Both the position numbers and the translations under genes were made by a program. Source: Desulfosoma sp. (GTDB lineage: Bacteria > Desulfobacterota > Syntrophobacteria > Syntrophobacterales > DSM-9756). From it: 64,000 nt of DNA. This document shows, piece by piece, positions 1 to 10,741 of this stretch (within the stretch, counting starts at the first letter, position 1; each line of letters opens with the position of its first letter). The stretch spans positions 32,001 through 96,000 of the forward strand of contig JBBFKW010000016.1 in assembly GCA_037481835.1 (NCBI GenBank). Direction: 5' to 3'. The notes under the pieces were generated by a model, which was not told the origin of the DNA, made no database searches, and saw only the letters and a list, made by a program, of their open reading frames with translations.

Positions 1-67
1 TCTGGTCGCTGATCTTGATCGAGAGCGCATTGGGCTGGAGTTGGCAAGCGTCGCGAACCGTTTTCAT
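1..67 (-). CDS. 5' end (partial) of probable DUF499-family ATPase, runs off the window
   Basis: ATG at 67 after an AGGAGG SD. Reads MKTVRDACQLQPNALSIKISDQ, which resembles DUF499 N-termini as I recall them. Only 22 aa are visible. Confidence 0.5.
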   Translation of the reverse strand, partial: MKTVRDACQLQPNALSIKISDQ

Positions 68-237
68 CAGTGGGCCCTCCTAATTCTGATCGCATCCTGG
101 TCGTCGGGTAGTTGCTGATCCCTCCAGTCGGAGATGCTGAACGGCTGGTCATTCTTCGCGCGGTATCCGTCGCCGATGAGGAGCACGCCGGCGTCGATCA
201 AGTTGCGGACCTCGTGTTCCCGCCACTCACCCCCCAT
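67..237 (-). pseudogene. hsdS: Truncated type I RM specificity subunit (HsdS N-terminal stub, 56 aa)
   Basis: MGGEWREHEVRNLIDAGVLLIGDGYRAKND... starts inside a copy of the hsdM 3' end (ELGYGG*/MGGEW overlap typical of hsdM-hsdS). It stops after 56 codons with a TGATG overlap into the next gene. Confidence 0.6.
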
Positions 238-251
238 ACCCCAGCTCCTTG
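226..251. repeat. Direct repeat copy 1 of the hsdM-stop/hsdS-start junction
   Basis: ctcacccccc-ataccccagc-tccttg, 24/26 identical to 1511-1536. Confidence 0.85.
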
Positions 252-267
252 GGTTTCCTTGCAGTTT

Positions 268-1446
268 TCATAGCACTTCCGTTCCTTCGCTGAGGATACT
301 CAGGTAGCGGTCGTAGGCGAAGATGCGGTTGCGCTGTTTGCCGGTGATCTCCCGGACGATGCCCAGGCGTGCCAATGCATCCATGCTTTTGGCGACTGCC
401 GGAAAGGTCAGCCCTGTTTGGCGGACGCCTTCATTCAGGGTGAGGAGCGGCCGCCGGCAGCAAACCTGGAAGACCCGCAATGCCGATCCGGCGACCCGAC
501 CGGACGCCTGGATCTTGCTGGCGTCTTCCTGGAACAGAGCGACCAGTCGTTGGGCGGTCTCTACAGCATTGTGCGCAGTGCGATTCACGCCTTCGAGGAA
601 GAAGTCGAGCCAGGTCTCCCAGTCGCCGTCCGTTCGCACCAGATCGAGCAGCCGGTAGTATTCGCTGCGATGCTGCTTGAAGAACAGGCTCAGGTAGAGC
701 ATGGGTTTCTTCAGAATGCCTTCGTGATGGAGAATGAAGGCGATGAGCAGGCGCCCGATGCGGCCGTTGCCGTCGAGGAAGGGGTGGATGGTTTCGAACT
801 GCACATGGGCCAGCGCCGCCCGCACCAGCGCCGGATAAGGAATCGTTTCGTCGTGAAGAAAACGTTCCAGCGCCGTCATACAGTCTTCCACGGCATCGGG
901 TGGAGGTGGAACGAAGGCGGCGTTGCCGGGACGGGTGCCGCCGATCCAGTTCTGGGAGCGGCGAAACTCGCCCGGGGATTTCTCGCTCCCTCGTCCTCTC
1001 GAGAGCAGGACGCCGTGCATCTCGCGGATGAGCCGATTGGAGAGGGGGAAACCTTCCTGCAAGCGCTTCAACCCGTGTTCAAGCGCCGCCACGTAGTTAG
1101 AAACCTCGACCACATCATCAATTGGCACTCCCGTCGCCTCAGCCAGTTCGAACAGCAAAAGGTCAGAAAGAGAGGATTGGGTCCCTTCAATCTGCGAGGA
1201 GAGAAGTGCCTCCCGCCGCACATAGGCATACAGAAAAACGTCGGTATCAGGCAAAAGGAGTGTAATACTGTCGAGTCGGCCAAGTGCCAGCGTGGCCTGT
1301 TCCAATAGCCGGGTCCGGCTGCCTGTCAGGTCCAAGGGCGGTTTTGGCGGCAAAGGATGAGGCAAAAAGGCGCGGATCGTCTCACCTCCGACCACAGTGA
1401 CCCGATGTTCTCCCGTGGGGCCGCGTTTCACAGCCGGTCTCCTCAT
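268..1446 (-). CDS. fic: Fic family protein with internal inhibitory helix and C-terminal wHTH-like region
   Basis: Canonical HPFLDGNGRIGR motif; SSQIEG matches (S/T)xxxE(G/N); FRRSQNWIGG. Confidence 0.95.
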   Translation of the reverse strand: MRRPAVKRGPTGEHRVTVVGGETIRAFLPHPLPPKPPLDLTGSRTRLLEQATLALGRLDSITLLLPDTDVFLYAYVRREALLSSQIEGTQSSLSDLLLFELAEATGVPIDDVVEVSNYVAALEHGLKRLQEGFPLSNRLIREMHGVLLSRGRGSEKSPGEFRRSQNWIGGTRPGNAAFVPPPPDAVEDCMTALERFLHDETIPYPALVRAALAHVQFETIHPFLDGNGRIGRLLIAFILHHEGILKKPMLYLSLFFKQHRSEYYRLLDLVRTDGDWETWLDFFLEGVNRTAHNAVETAQRLVALFQEDASKIQASGRVAGSALRVFQVCCRRPLLTLNEGVRQTGLTFPAVAKSMDALARLGIVREITGKQRNRIFAYDRYLSILSEGTEVL

Positions 1447-1473
1447 TCAACGAACGTTAAATAGTCTACATCG

Positions 1474-1505
1474 TTATTAAACGAAAACAGGCTTTCGTTT
1501 GATAA
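1474..1505. promoter_or_regulatory. Operator-like inverted repeat upstream of fic
   Basis: TTATTAAACGAAA-N6-TTTCGTTTGATAA, arms 12/13 complementary, in an AT-rich spacer. Confidence 0.5.
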
Positions 1506-1511
1506 AAAACC

Positions 1512-2689
<1,178 letters not shown>

Positions 2690-4116
2690 GGTCTACCTCC
2701 TTCGATCGTTTCGCTTGGCGTTGGCTTGGGGCGCCTAACGCTCAGGATCAGCACCCGCCAAGGGGCACCCCGATTTACTCAATAAGGCGACGTCTATTCT
2801 TGTACACTTCGCCCCTCGCCAATGATGGGGCATTCAACTCGTGGCTCTCCCATTTCTCCGTTCTTCGCGACATCCAGGTTCACGCGGATCAAGCGCCGTG
2901 ATGATTGTTTCATTTCATGCCAGGTCTTTGACTTCTGTGGGGTCATGTTAAATCTGCCCGAAGGTTGGCTTAACGACAGCCATGTATTTTGCTCGGGAAT
3001 CCTCGCGGAGGATAGGGCAACGCTGGGGAGCGAGCCGAACAGAACCAAACCCGATTGGTTGTTGGGCGTGGCCTGGAGGCTTGTTCAACCTCGATCTTTT
3101 CCATGGTTGGACCTGCCGAGCGAATTGGCGACATGAGCTTTTCTGCCAGAACAAGCTTGCGAAGTCAATGTGTTACATAACATACGACAGGTTTATGGAT
3201 AGATCTTCGAACAATTTATTTTCCCCAATTCCACGTTTATGTTCAGACAGTCACCTGAATTTATCACGGCTGCGGGGGTGAACCTCTCCGGAGCGTTTAG
3301 GGCCCCCTTTTTCGGCTTCCATGCAAAACAGCGGAGGGTCTCAAAGTGCAGCCGGGGTTGGCACTCGCGCGCGCAATGCAAGCGGGAAAACAGGGAGGGC
3401 TCCCCCTCTGCTGCCATATCCCTTTTTCAGGTGCGAACCTGTACCCAAAACTGGTCTCCCATGCCCATTGCGATACCCCCATAACACAACTCGCAGGTGC
3501 AAAATTGGGGTGCTATGCGCCACTAGAGCCGATGAGGGCCGTTGCACTACAGGAAGGACCCTGAAAGGTCGCTGGAGCCGCGAAAACGGTCCCAGGAATG
3601 CAGATCGCCCACAACCCCCGCCCTAGTAGGATCCGAGGAAATCGTGCGTTTTTCCGCTGGAAAGGCCCCTTGAGCGCACAAAGAACGGCCATCGAGATTT
3701 CCTTCTAGTTGCCGTTCTGCATCTGGTCCATCTCCAAAAACTAGGCGTTGGCGCAAGATCGTGCGTTACAAGCCAACCTCGAAGGCCCTTTTTCGGCCGA
3801 AACCCATGAGATTCCCGCCTGGGGTTTCGCCTGCTAAGCGGCCTGTACCTTCATTTCTAATCCCCAGACTGCGAACCGGGCCTCGCCGGCCTGATGCGAC
3901 TTGCCGGGTGCTCCCGCGAGCGCGTGAAGTCCACCACGGCCCGGCTTCCTGGAAGGACGGAGGACACATCATGGACCCGGCCCGCATCTTCCTGACCATT
4001 GGCGGGGCCTACGGCTTCGCCCTGCTCGAAAAGCGTGCGGCAGACGCGGCCCTGGTGGTCCTGAGGCCCAGAGGGTGAGGGTCCCGCCCAGCTACGATGG
4101 TTTTTCCTTCCTGGCT

Positions 4117-4134
4117 GAGACACAGGCGAGACAC
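4117..4134. repeat. Tandem GAGACAC direct repeats, possible integrase arm-type sites
   Basis: GAGACAC at 4117-4123 and 4128-4134, about 50 bp beyond the tRNA 3' end. Confidence 0.35.
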
Positions 4135-4135
4135 G

Positions 4136-4180
4136 AAAAACGAAGGGGTTAGGCCGGTTGACCTAACCCCCTTGGTTTTT
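4136..4180 (-). terminator. Hairpin/terminator downstream of tRNA-Thr
   Basis: GGGGTTAGG-N8-CCTAACCCC flanked by A and T runs. Confidence 0.7.
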
Positions 4181-4181
4181 C

Positions 4182-4256
4182 TGGAGCCGGCGATGGGATT
4201 CGAACCCGCGACCTGCTGATTACGAATCAGCTGCTCTACCCCTGAGCTACGCCGGC
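4182..4256 (-). tRNA. tRNA-Thr(CGT)
   Basis: GCCGGCGTAGCTCAG...CTGAT-TCGTA-ATCAG...GGTTCGAATCC...GCCGGCTCCA, encoded CCA. Confidence 0.97.
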
Positions 4257-4368
4257 CCATGGAGCGGAAGGCCTTATAGCACGCGGGTTTGGAGGCGGTC
4301 AAGGCGAAAACCGCACCGCAGGACGGCCCGGTTCTTGGGCGTCTTTGCAGGACGTGCCGGGGGAGGCC

Positions 4369-4752
4369 TCACGCCTTTACGGCGATGCACTTGATTTCGA
4401 TCTGGGCGCCTCGAGGCAGGGCGCTCACCTGCACGACGGCTCTGGCGGGTTTGTGGGCCCCGAAAGCTTTTTCGTAAAGGGCGTTGAAGGTCTGGAACAT
4501 GCCGAGATCGGTCAGGAAGACATCCACGGAGACCACATCGCCCAAGCCGTAGCCCGCCGCGCTCAAAACGGCTTGGATATTTTGAAGCACCTGGCGCGCC
4601 TGGGCTTCGAAGTCCTCGCCCACCATGTGTCCCGTTTCGGGCACCAGGGGGATCTGGCCGCTGACGAAAAGCCACGGGCCCGCCTGCACGGCTTGGCTGT
4701 AAGGGCCGATGGCCGCCGGAGCTTTCTCGGTTTGAACGTACTGGAAAGGCAT
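4369..4752 (-). CDS. ridA: RidA/YjgF family reactive intermediate deaminase
   Basis: APAAIGPYSQA, LFVSGQIP, PARAVVQVSALP. Start set to MPFQY at 4752. Confidence 0.93.
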   Translation of the reverse strand: MPFQYVQTEKAPAAIGPYSQAVQAGPWLFVSGQIPLVPETGHMVGEDFEAQARQVLQNIQAVLSAAGYGLGDVVSVDVFLTDLGMFQTFNALYEKAFGAHKPARAVVQVSALPRGAQIEIKCIAVKA

Positions 4753-4915
4753 GGGTGCACTCCTTGTCGATAGGGTGTTTTCCAAGGGCGCCGGCGCGGC
4801 GCACTGCCGCCCTTCTAGCACCGGAAAAGACGGTTGCCAAGGTGCGTCCGTCCCTTTAAGATGCCGCTTCAGAGATTCTACGGAATCTCGGACCCTTGGG
4901 TTTCGAAAGGACCGG

Positions 4916-6145
4916 ATGACGGCGGGGGGACGTGTGGCTTCTTTGGCCGTAAAAAAAATCCTCATGTACAGCCACGATACCTTCGGCCTCGGCCATATCC
5001 GCCGCACCCTTGCCATCGCTCGAGCCCTGCGCAAAGTCCCCGCCACCGTGCTGATCCTCACGGGCTCGCCCCTCGTCGGCCGGTTCAAGATCCCCCGCAG
5101 GGTGGATTTCGTCCGCATTCCCGGCATGATCAAGGTGACCAACGAGGAATACCTGCCTCTTTCCATGAAGCTTGAGGCCACCGAAGTGCTGGAGATTCGC
5201 AAAGGCATCATCCTGAGCACGGCCAAGACCTTCAGCCCCGATTTCTTCATCGTCGACAAGGCCCCTCTGGGGCTGAAGCGAGAGGTCGTGGACACGCTCC
5301 ATTGGCTGCGCGAAGGCCTTCCCCGATGCACCACCATCTTGGGACTTCGAGACATCATGGACGGGGCCCAGGCGACCATCGAGGAGTGGGAAACCAAGGG
5401 CATCTACGGGGCCATGGAAGCCCTTTACGACGAAATCTGGGTCTACGGCGTGCAGTCTTTCTACGACCCGGTGAAGGAATACCGAATCCCGGAAACCCTC
5501 GCCCCGAAAATCACTTTCACAGGCTACATTCCCCGGCATGTGCCGTCGGCGTCCGACGTGAAATCCGTGCGCCGCGAGCTGGGCTTGGGCGCGCAGGACA
5601 AGATGGTGCTCATGACCGCCGGGGGCGGCGGGGACGGCTACCCGGTGGTCAACACGTTCCTCAGGGCCTTTGAAGAAAACGCCCCGCCCCCCTCCGTGCG
5701 CGTCGTCATCGTCACCGGGCCGTTCCTTTCGCCGACGCATTACAAGGAAGTGGAAAGGCGCTGCGAGCCCTTGGGCTTTCATCTTTTTCGGTTTCATCGT
5801 TTCATGGAGCGGCTCATCGGGGCGGCGGACGTGGTCGTGAGCATGGGCGGCTACAACACGGTGTGCGAAATCATCAGCCAGCGAAAGCCCTTTCTCATCA
5901 TCCCCCGGTGCGTTCCCAGGGAGGAGCAGCTCATTCGCGCCGAGGTCCTGTGCCGCCGCGGTTATTGCGAGTACCTGCCTCCGGAGCGCTTGAGCGCGGA
6001 GGCCGTCTACCGGAAGGTGCGGCAACTCCTGGAAAACGGGACGGAGGTGTCGTCCAAGGCTGCGGATTTTCCCTTTACCGCCTTGGATGTCATTCGATCG
6101 CGGATCCTTGAAAGCACCAAAGGAGCGCGGGTCCAATGGGCCTGA
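4916..6145 (+). CDS. Predicted glycosyltransferase (COG4671-like, GT28 C-terminal type)
   Basis: YSHDTFGLGHIRR, AGGGGDG, SMGGYNTVCEI, PREEQ. Start after AAGGA. Confidence 0.85.
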   Translation: MTAGGRVASLAVKKILMYSHDTFGLGHIRRTLAIARALRKVPATVLILTGSPLVGRFKIPRRVDFVRIPGMIKVTNEEYLPLSMKLEATEVLEIRKGIILSTAKTFSPDFFIVDKAPLGLKREVVDTLHWLREGLPRCTTILGLRDIMDGAQATIEEWETKGIYGAMEALYDEIWVYGVQSFYDPVKEYRIPETLAPKITFTGYIPRHVPSASDVKSVRRELGLGAQDKMVLMTAGGGGDGYPVVNTFLRAFEENAPPPSVRVVIVTGPFLSPTHYKEVERRCEPLGFHLFRFHRFMERLIGAADVVVSMGGYNTVCEIISQRKPFLIIPRCVPREEQLIRAEVLCRRGYCEYLPPERLSAEAVYRKVRQLLENGTEVSSKAADFPFTALDVIRSRILESTKGARVQWA

Positions 6146-7479
6146 CGGATCGGCGCACCGCGGCGGAGGGGGAGGCCTTCGGGCAGGGGAGTGCAGACAG
6201 GGGCTTTCCCGCAGGCGGGCCGTCTTCGGAGTTCTTTTCGGCCGGACTTCTCGGCATGATCCTCAAAGGGTATCCTCGCATTTCCGAGAGCTTCATCAGC
6301 CAGGAGATCGCTCTTCTGGAATCCCTGGGCGTTTCCATGGAGATTTATTCCCTGCGCCGCCCCAGGGAGTCGTTCACCCACGGAAGCGTCCGCACCATTC
6401 GGGCGCCGGTGAGCTATCTTCCCGAATACGTCCTGCCCAATCTCCGTGCGCTCCTCGGCGCCAACGGGCGGTTGGGAGCCCGGCTGGGGCGTCGATACGC
6501 CCACAGCTTTCGCAAAGCCCTTCGGCGCGCCGTGGATCGGCGCACTTCGGCCACCGTGCGGCATTTCTTGCAAGCCGGTTTCCTGGCATGGCATCGGTTG
6601 CTCGGCCGTCCCGTCCGGCACCTGCACGCCCATTTTTGCCACACACCCGCCTCGGTGGCTTTTTTCGCCTCCGAACTCACGGGGCTTCCGTACAGTTTTA
6701 CCGCCCACGCCAAGGACATTTACACGTCCGACCCGGAGCAACTGCGCCGCAAGATGGCCCGCGCCCGATTCGTCGTCACCTGCACTGCCTATAACGCGCG
6801 CTATCTCCGGTCGCTCCTGGGAGAAGCTGCGCCCCCCGTGCCGATCCACACCATCTATCACGGGATCGATGTGAACTTTTTTCGATACGGCACAGACCCG
6901 CCGCCGGCGCCGCCCTTTCGGATTCTTTCGGTGGGTCGGCTCGTCCCCAAGAAGGGCTACGACGACGTCTTGGCCGCCTTGAAAATCCTGGAAAAAATGG
7001 GTCTCGATTTCCGCTTCGATCACATCGGCTCCGGCGAAGACAAAGAAAAGATCAGGTCCATGGCCCACGCTCTAGGACTGGATCGGCGTGTGACCTTTCA
7101 CGGCACGCTTCCCCACGAACAGGTCATCGCCTTTTATCGCCGGTCCCACGCCTTTGTCCTGGCCTGCAAGACGGCGCCCGACGGGGATCGGGACGGTATC
7201 CCCAACGTTTTGGCGGAAGCCATGGCGGTGGGCGTGCCGGTGGTCAGCACACGCCATTCGGCCATCCCGGAACTGGTGGAAGACGGCGTGACCGGGACCT
7301 TGGTGCCGCCTGGATCTCCCCAGGCATTGGCCGGAGCCCTGAAAAAGGTCTTGGAGGCCGGGGCGTCCCTGGAAGGGCAGCGGCGGGCCGCCCGCATGAA
7401 GGTGGAGATGGTCTTCGACAATCGCCGCTGCATTGAAAAGCTTTTTGCCCTCTTCCGCGAGGCCGTCAAGGCGCCTTGA
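6136..7479 (+). CDS. GT4 family glycosyltransferase
   Basis: KGYPRISESFI, HLHAHF, TAHAKDI, GRLVPKKG, DGIPNVLAEAMA. Confidence 0.9.
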   Translation: MGLTDRRTAAEGEAFGQGSADRGFPAGGPSSEFFSAGLLGMILKGYPRISESFISQEIALLESLGVSMEIYSLRRPRESFTHGSVRTIRAPVSYLPEYVLPNLRALLGANGRLGARLGRRYAHSFRKALRRAVDRRTSATVRHFLQAGFLAWHRLLGRPVRHLHAHFCHTPASVAFFASELTGLPYSFTAHAKDIYTSDPEQLRRKMARARFVVTCTAYNARYLRSLLGEAAPPVPIHTIYHGIDVNFFRYGTDPPPAPPFRILSVGRLVPKKGYDDVLAALKILEKMGLDFRFDHIGSGEDKEKIRSMAHALGLDRRVTFHGTLPHEQVIAFYRRSHAFVLACKTAPDGDRDGIPNVLAEAMAVGVPVVSTRHSAIPELVEDGVTGTLVPPGSPQALAGALKKVLEAGASLEGQRRAARMKVEMVFDNRRCIEKLFALFREAVKAP

Positions 7480-8612
7480 GAATCGCTTTTTATTGCCCCA
7501 ACAAACCCTTGGGCCACCCCGAGCCTTCCGGCGACCAAAGCATCGCCCGAGGTCTCGTGCAGGCTTTGGAAAGTGAGGGGCATGGGGTCCGGGAAATGAG
7601 CACCTTTCGAGCGCGCTGGTTCTGGGCCCAAAGCGACGGGATCCGGCAGGCGGCGCTCGGATGCGTGGAAGCCCTGCGCCGATCCCTGGCGTGGCGCCCC
7701 GAGCTGTGGCTGACCTACCATAGCTACTATAAGGCGCCCGACGTGATCGGCCCGTGGCTGTCGCGCCTTCTTCGGGTGCCGTACGTCCTGTTTCAACCCA
7801 TGTACGGCACTCGGCGTCGGCGGGATGCCAAGACTCGGCCCGGCTTTTACCTGAACCGATTGGCCCTTCGAAGCGCATGGATTGCCGTGACGAACAATCG
7901 AAACGATCGGGCGGCCCTGGAACGCATTATCCCTCGGGAGCGCGTGGCGCACCTGGCCCCGGGAATCTTTCCCGAAATGTTTTCCAGGGACGATGCCGCC
8001 GGACGGACGGTGCGGACCCGCTACGGGGTGGCGGACAAGGACCGCCTGGTCCTTGCGGTGGCCCGGTTTCGGCCCGGGGTGAAATGGGAGAGCCTGCGCT
8101 TTCTTTTCCGCTCCCTGTCTTTGCTCGACGCCGTAGGGCTGTCCATGCGCCTCATGGTTGTGGGGGACGGACCTCTGGAAACCTCGGTCCGCCGGGAAGC
8201 CTCGGAGGGCTTGGGCGGGCGGGTGGTGTTTCCGGGGCGTGTGCCGCGCCGTGAACTCTACGCCTACTACAGCGCCGCGGACCTCTTTGCCTTTCCGGGC
8301 ATTGGGGAATCCCTCGGCATGGTGTACCTGGAAGCTCAGGCCTGCGGCCTTCCCGTGGTGGCTTTGCGGGAAGGCGGAGTGGATCAGGTCGTTGCGGACG
8401 GGGCAACGGGCGTGTTGGTTCCCGAACGCGACCCTGCAAGGTATGCGGAAGCCGTTTCGACCTTGATGCGCGAGGAGGGGCTGCGCCGCGCCATGGGCCG
8501 GGAAGCCGCCCGCTTCGTCCGGCGGCACCGCAACCTGCATCGGCAGGCCCGGTACCTGTCCGAGCTTTTGGAGTCGCTCCTTCGGGGGCCCAAGAGATTC
8601 TTTCGACGATGA
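7476..8612 (+). CDS. GT4 family glycosyltransferase
   Basis: IAFYCPNKPLGHPEPSGD, YHSYYKAPD, ESLGMVYLEAQACG. Confidence 0.9.
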   Translation: MRIAFYCPNKPLGHPEPSGDQSIARGLVQALESEGHGVREMSTFRARWFWAQSDGIRQAALGCVEALRRSLAWRPELWLTYHSYYKAPDVIGPWLSRLLRVPYVLFQPMYGTRRRRDAKTRPGFYLNRLALRSAWIAVTNNRNDRAALERIIPRERVAHLAPGIFPEMFSRDDAAGRTVRTRYGVADKDRLVLAVARFRPGVKWESLRFLFRSLSLLDAVGLSMRLMVVGDGPLETSVRREASEGLGGRVVFPGRVPRRELYAYYSAADLFAFPGIGESLGMVYLEAQACGLPVVALREGGVDQVVADGATGVLVPERDPARYAEAVSTLMREEGLRRAMGREAARFVRRHRNLHRQARYLSELLESLLRGPKRFFRR

Positions 8613-9334
8613 AAATCGCCATCCTTTCGGACATCCACGGCAACCTGGAATCCTTTCGGGAAGTGCTTCGCGATCTGGAAGAAGTCCGGCCCGAGAAAAT
8701 CGTGTGCCTGGGAGACGCCGTCGGGTACGGGCCCGATCCCGAAGCCGTGGTCCGGCTCCTCAAATCGCGGGGTATCCCCGCTCTTTTGGGGAACCACGAA
8801 TGGGCCTTGAGGCACCCCGAACACCTGGAATGGTTCAACCCGTCGGCTCGGCGGTCTTTGGAAAAGACCCTGGAACTTCTGTCTCCCGAAGCGGTGCGTG
8901 CCGTCACTCGATGGCCGACGACGCTTCGGGTGGAAGGGGCGCTGTGCGTGCATGGATGTCCGCCGGATTCGGTGACCCGGTACCTTTTCGAAGTTTCTTA
9001 CGAAGAATTTCCCGCCCTGTTTTCCACGTACGAAGAGCCCCTGTGTTTCGTCGGGCACACGCACCAGCTGCTCTGGGTCCGCTGGGACGGGCACGAGGTC
9101 ACCTCGGGCCGGTTCCTTGAAGACTTGTTGGAACTTGACCCCTCCGGCCGCTACATCGTCAACGTGGGCAGCGTGGGCCAGCCTCGAGACGGGGACAACC
9201 GTGCCAAGTATGTCCTGTGGGACACCCAAGCCCGGACGATCCACGTCCGGCGCGTGCCCTACGATATCGCCAAGACGGTCGAAAAAATTTTGGCCTTGGG
9301 ATTTCCACGCATAAACGCCGATCGGCTCTGGTAA
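8609..9334 (+). CDS. Metallophosphoesterase (calcineurin-like)
   Basis: SDIHGN, LGDAVGYG, GNHE, GHTH, NVGSVGQPRD. Confidence 0.92.
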   Translation: MKIAILSDIHGNLESFREVLRDLEEVRPEKIVCLGDAVGYGPDPEAVVRLLKSRGIPALLGNHEWALRHPEHLEWFNPSARRSLEKTLELLSPEAVRAVTRWPTTLRVEGALCVHGCPPDSVTRYLFEVSYEEFPALFSTYEEPLCFVGHTHQLLWVRWDGHEVTSGRFLEDLLELDPSGRYIVNVGSVGQPRDGDNRAKYVLWDTQARTIHVRRVPYDIAKTVEKILALGFPRINADRLW

Positions 9335-9352
9335 AACAAGCCGTCTGGCGCG

Positions 9353-10741
9353 GTGAAAAAGATCGGGAGAGAACCCGTGCGGCGGATCGGTCGATACCCC
9401 ATCGTGGGGGCTTTGGGTCGAGGAGGCATGGGGCGGGTGTATCGCGTGCTGGAGCCCGATACCGGTCGGCTCTTGGCGCTCAAAATCCTGGATCCCCACC
9501 CGCACCTCGTCTCGGTCCTCGGGGAGGCCCGGGCCCGGCAGCTCTTCCTTGTGGAAACGGCGGTCATGGAAAAGGTGCGCCACCCCAACCTGGCCGCCAT
9601 GATCGACCGGGGCGTCCATGAAGGGCGCCCTTTTTTCGTGATGGAATACCACTGCCACCAGCTGGCGGATCATATCGGGGAGGCCGACGTGCTGGAGCGG
9701 CCCACTCGGCCTTTGCCCGCGCATGAGGCCTTTCGGATGACCCGCGAGATCCTCCAGGGCCTGGCGGCCATGCACCGGTCGGGAATGGTCCACCGGGACG
9801 TCAAGCCCGCCAACGTGCTCTTGACGGAAGACGACGGCGTCAAACTCATCGATTTCGGGTTGTCCAAAATCTCCGGGGTGTCTTTTCCCAAGACGCGCCG
9901 GATCGTCGTGGGAACGCCCTACTACGCCGCACCCGAGCAGGAAAGGGATCCGGAGGCCGCGACGGCGGCTTCGGACCTCTACAGTGTGGGTGTCCTTTTC
10001 TATCGGCTTCTGACTGGAAGGTTCCCGTCGGAGCTTTCCCGTAACGCCACGCCCCATCCTTTTGACGGCCCGTCATGGAAGGCTTTTTTCCGCAAGGCCT
10101 GCACCGCCGACCCCGCCGGGCGTTACCGGAGCGCCCAAGGGATGCTTCGAGCCCTGAGCGCGCTTCAAAAGACCTTCCATGCCTCCCTGGACCAGGCATG
10201 CCGCCTGTGGCACGAGGAGGCGCCTCGGTGGGCGGAGCCGGTGCGGTGTCGTCGCACGGCCGTGAAGGTGGGTCGCAAGGAGGCCGAGAAATTCTTCGAC
10301 CTGGACGCCTTGTGGCGGCCGCGGCGCGAAACCGTCAACCGCTGGACCCTCTACGGGGAGATCCTTTGGGATGAGACGACGGGGTTATGGTGGCAGCGGG
10401 GTGGTTCATCGGATCGGCTCACGTGGCCTGAAGCCCGGGCGGCCGTGCAACGGCTGTGCGATGAACGGTTTTTCGGCCGGAGCGATTGGCGGCTTCCCAC
10501 TGTTGACGAAGTGGCCACGGTGCTCAAAAGGCCCCGATATCCCGACACGTTTTGTCTGGAACCGGTCTTTTCCCGGGATGTGCGGCGGTTTTGGACCTCC
10601 GACCGATGTTCCTTTCGATCGGCCTGGTATGCCAGTTCCGAGCTGGGCTATATTGCGGTCCAGGATTTTTCCTGCCGCATGCATGTTCGGGCCGTGGCCG
10701 GCCCGGATGAGGAGACGCCCAAAAGACGGGGGGAACCATGA
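9353..10741 (+). CDS. Hanks-type Ser/Thr protein kinase with C-terminal DUF1566 domain
   Basis: GRGGMG, LALK, HRDVKPAN, DFG, APE. C-terminal DETTGLWWQ...W.EA...DWRLPT.DE matches DUF1566. Confidence 0.9.
   Translation: MKKIGREPVRRIGRYPIVGALGRGGMGRVYRVLEPDTGRLLALKILDPHPHLVSVLGEARARQLFLVETAVMEKVRHPNLAAMIDRGVHEGRPFFVMEYHCHQLADHIGEADVLERPTRPLPAHEAFRMTREILQGLAAMHRSGMVHRDVKPANVLLTEDDGVKLIDFGLSKISGVSFPKTRRIVVGTPYYAAPEQERDPEAATAASDLYSVGVLFYRLLTGRFPSELSRNATPHPFDGPSWKAFFRKACTADPAGRYRSAQGMLRALSALQKTFHASLDQACRLWHEEAPRWAEPVRCRRTAVKVGRKEAEKFFDLDALWRPRRETVNRWTLYGEILWDETTGLWWQRGGSSDRLTWPEARAAVQRLCDERFFGRSDWRLPTVDEVATVLKRPRYPDTFCLEPVFSRDVRRFWTSDRCSFRSAWYASSELGYIAVQDFSCRMHVRAVAGPDEETPKRRGEP

Noticed and set aside
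2733..3067. GCCTAAC ... GTTGGGC resembling integron attC R boxes
   Set aside because: About 330 bp apart with no continuous stem between them, and no integrase or cassette array is visible.
2794..3760. Short ORFs in the island spacer
   Set aside because: No recognisable motifs or convincing SD, and they overlap each other on both strands.
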